From positions 1 to 64,000 of the IMG/VR virus record IMGVR_UViG_3300043410_001708: a stretch of DNA of 64,000 nucleotides; one strand, 5' to 3'. The number at the start of each line of letters is the position of its first letter. Positions within the stretch are counted from its first letter, which is position 1. This stretch comes from a virus. A program made the translations under genes and the position numbers. A model generated the notes under the pieces. The model saw nothing but the letters and a program-made list of their open reading frames with translations. It had not been told where the DNA came from and did no database searches. Below are positions 63,108 to 64,000 of this stretch, in pieces.

Positions 63108-64000
63108 TTATCTGCCAACTTGCGGCAAATACTTAGCCTTGGTTTCTTCCCAAGACAGGTATATCAAGTCATCATAAAACAATGATTCATAAGATACATT
63201 ATTCTTTTTCTTCAACATTGATATACGACCCTTGGCATATTTGGTTTTCCAAATTTGCGTCAAGGTTTCTTCACTGGTATCAAATGATTTGACCAGTTGT
63301 TCATCACCAATTTCTTTCCTAAGATACTCATTGGTGTTGTTATAGAGAGGTGAGAAATAGATGCCTCTCTGATGTTCGGTACGGATAAGTTCTTTTGGAA
63401 TACCTAACTTACCATACGCAAAATTTAATGTACGATTTTTGTGGTCACGTTTAAGTGGAAGTCCTTTTTGATTCTTGGCTTCCCACCACTCAAAATATTT
63501 ACGTGTATGATTCTCTTTTACCCAATCATAAATCATTGTTCTGGTTTTTCTGGACGGTTCAAAAGCAACAGAACCACTAGAGAAACCCATTTTGTTCCAA
63601 TGTTCAAGACCATCATACTGAGATAGACCATTGGACTTAGTATTACCATAAAGAGAAGTAGTTGTAACTCCAACAAGAACATCACCATATTGTTTTTTCC
63701 AATCATTCTGTACAGTATCGGCAAGACACAATAGTGCCAACAATTTTCCACCCATGTAATTGAAACCAAGTGGTTGTAATGGAACAATTGTGGAACCGAT
63801 TGCAGTATGATTAATCATACCTTGTTGTGTCTTAACATCTCTAGGCCAACCGATGGCCGTGTCTCTTGGAGTCAAGTCCAAGAAGTCGGATGATATACAG
63901 ATAACACCAAGATATTTGTCTGTAACTTCATCAACCACAGTGTAATAAAGATTGCGGCCAATGTTTGAATTGTTTTTCATTGTGGAAGAAAATGTACGTA
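63108..64000 (-). CDS. DUF4338/DruA-like protein (paralog 2), 5'-partial
   Basis: IVPLQPLGFNYMGGKLLA, TTSLYG, SQYDG; frame open to window end. Confidence 0.75.
   Translation of the reverse strand, partial: RTFSSTMKNNSNIGRNLYYTVVDEVTDKYLGVICISSDFLDLTPRDTAIGWPRDVKTQQGMINHTAIGSTIVPLQPLGFNYMGGKLLALLCLADTVQNDWKKQYGDVLVGVTTTSLYGNTKSNGLSQYDGLEHWNKMGFSSGSVAFEPSRKTRTMIYDWVKENHTRKYFEWWEAKNQKGLPLKRDHKNRTLNFAYGKLGIPKELIRTEHQRGIYFSPLYNNTNEYLRKEIGDEQLVKSFDTSEETLTQIWKTKYAKGRISMLKKKNNVSYESLFYDDLIYLSWEETKAKYLPQVGR

Noticed and set aside
1-64000. Stop-codon reassignment (alternative genetic code)
   Set aside because: Core genes are full length in the standard code and no suppressor tRNA was found.

Overview
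This window is a 64-kb segment of a large, AT-rich T4-like myovirus genome. Spanins and AGAAAG/AGGAG ribosome-binding sites suggest a Gram-negative, possibly betaproteobacterial, host (inference). Almost all genes are on the minus strand. It contains T4-type replication and nucleotide genes (rnh, nrdA/B, thyX, 61, 41, uvsX, 43, regA, 62/44/45, dNMP kinase, dCMP deaminase). It also has a GH19 lysis region with spanins, a cluster of probable head-packaged internal proteins, and a glycosylation island. A tRNA region (46.4-56.9 kb) has 30 tRNA genes covering all 20 amino acids plus one tRNA-like element. The most striking unannotated signals are in and around the tRNA array. (1) A 37-codon leader ORF (54497-54610) contains all 20 amino acids and 33 different codons and is coupled to mutually exclusive antiterminator/terminator hairpins, so it looks like a pan-tRNA-sensing attenuator at the head of the array. 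(2) Five covarying Y-RNA-like ncRNAs, some with permuted-tRNA or anticodon-loop modules, lie next to a DUF2828/vWA (Ro60-like) gene and within the array. (3) There are rrn-like boxA elements and a TGTTGT-N6-ACAACA operator at a fixed distance upstream of four promoters. Separately, a classical -1 ribosomal frameshift signal extends an internal virion protein at 25624. All calls are by eye; no searches were run.
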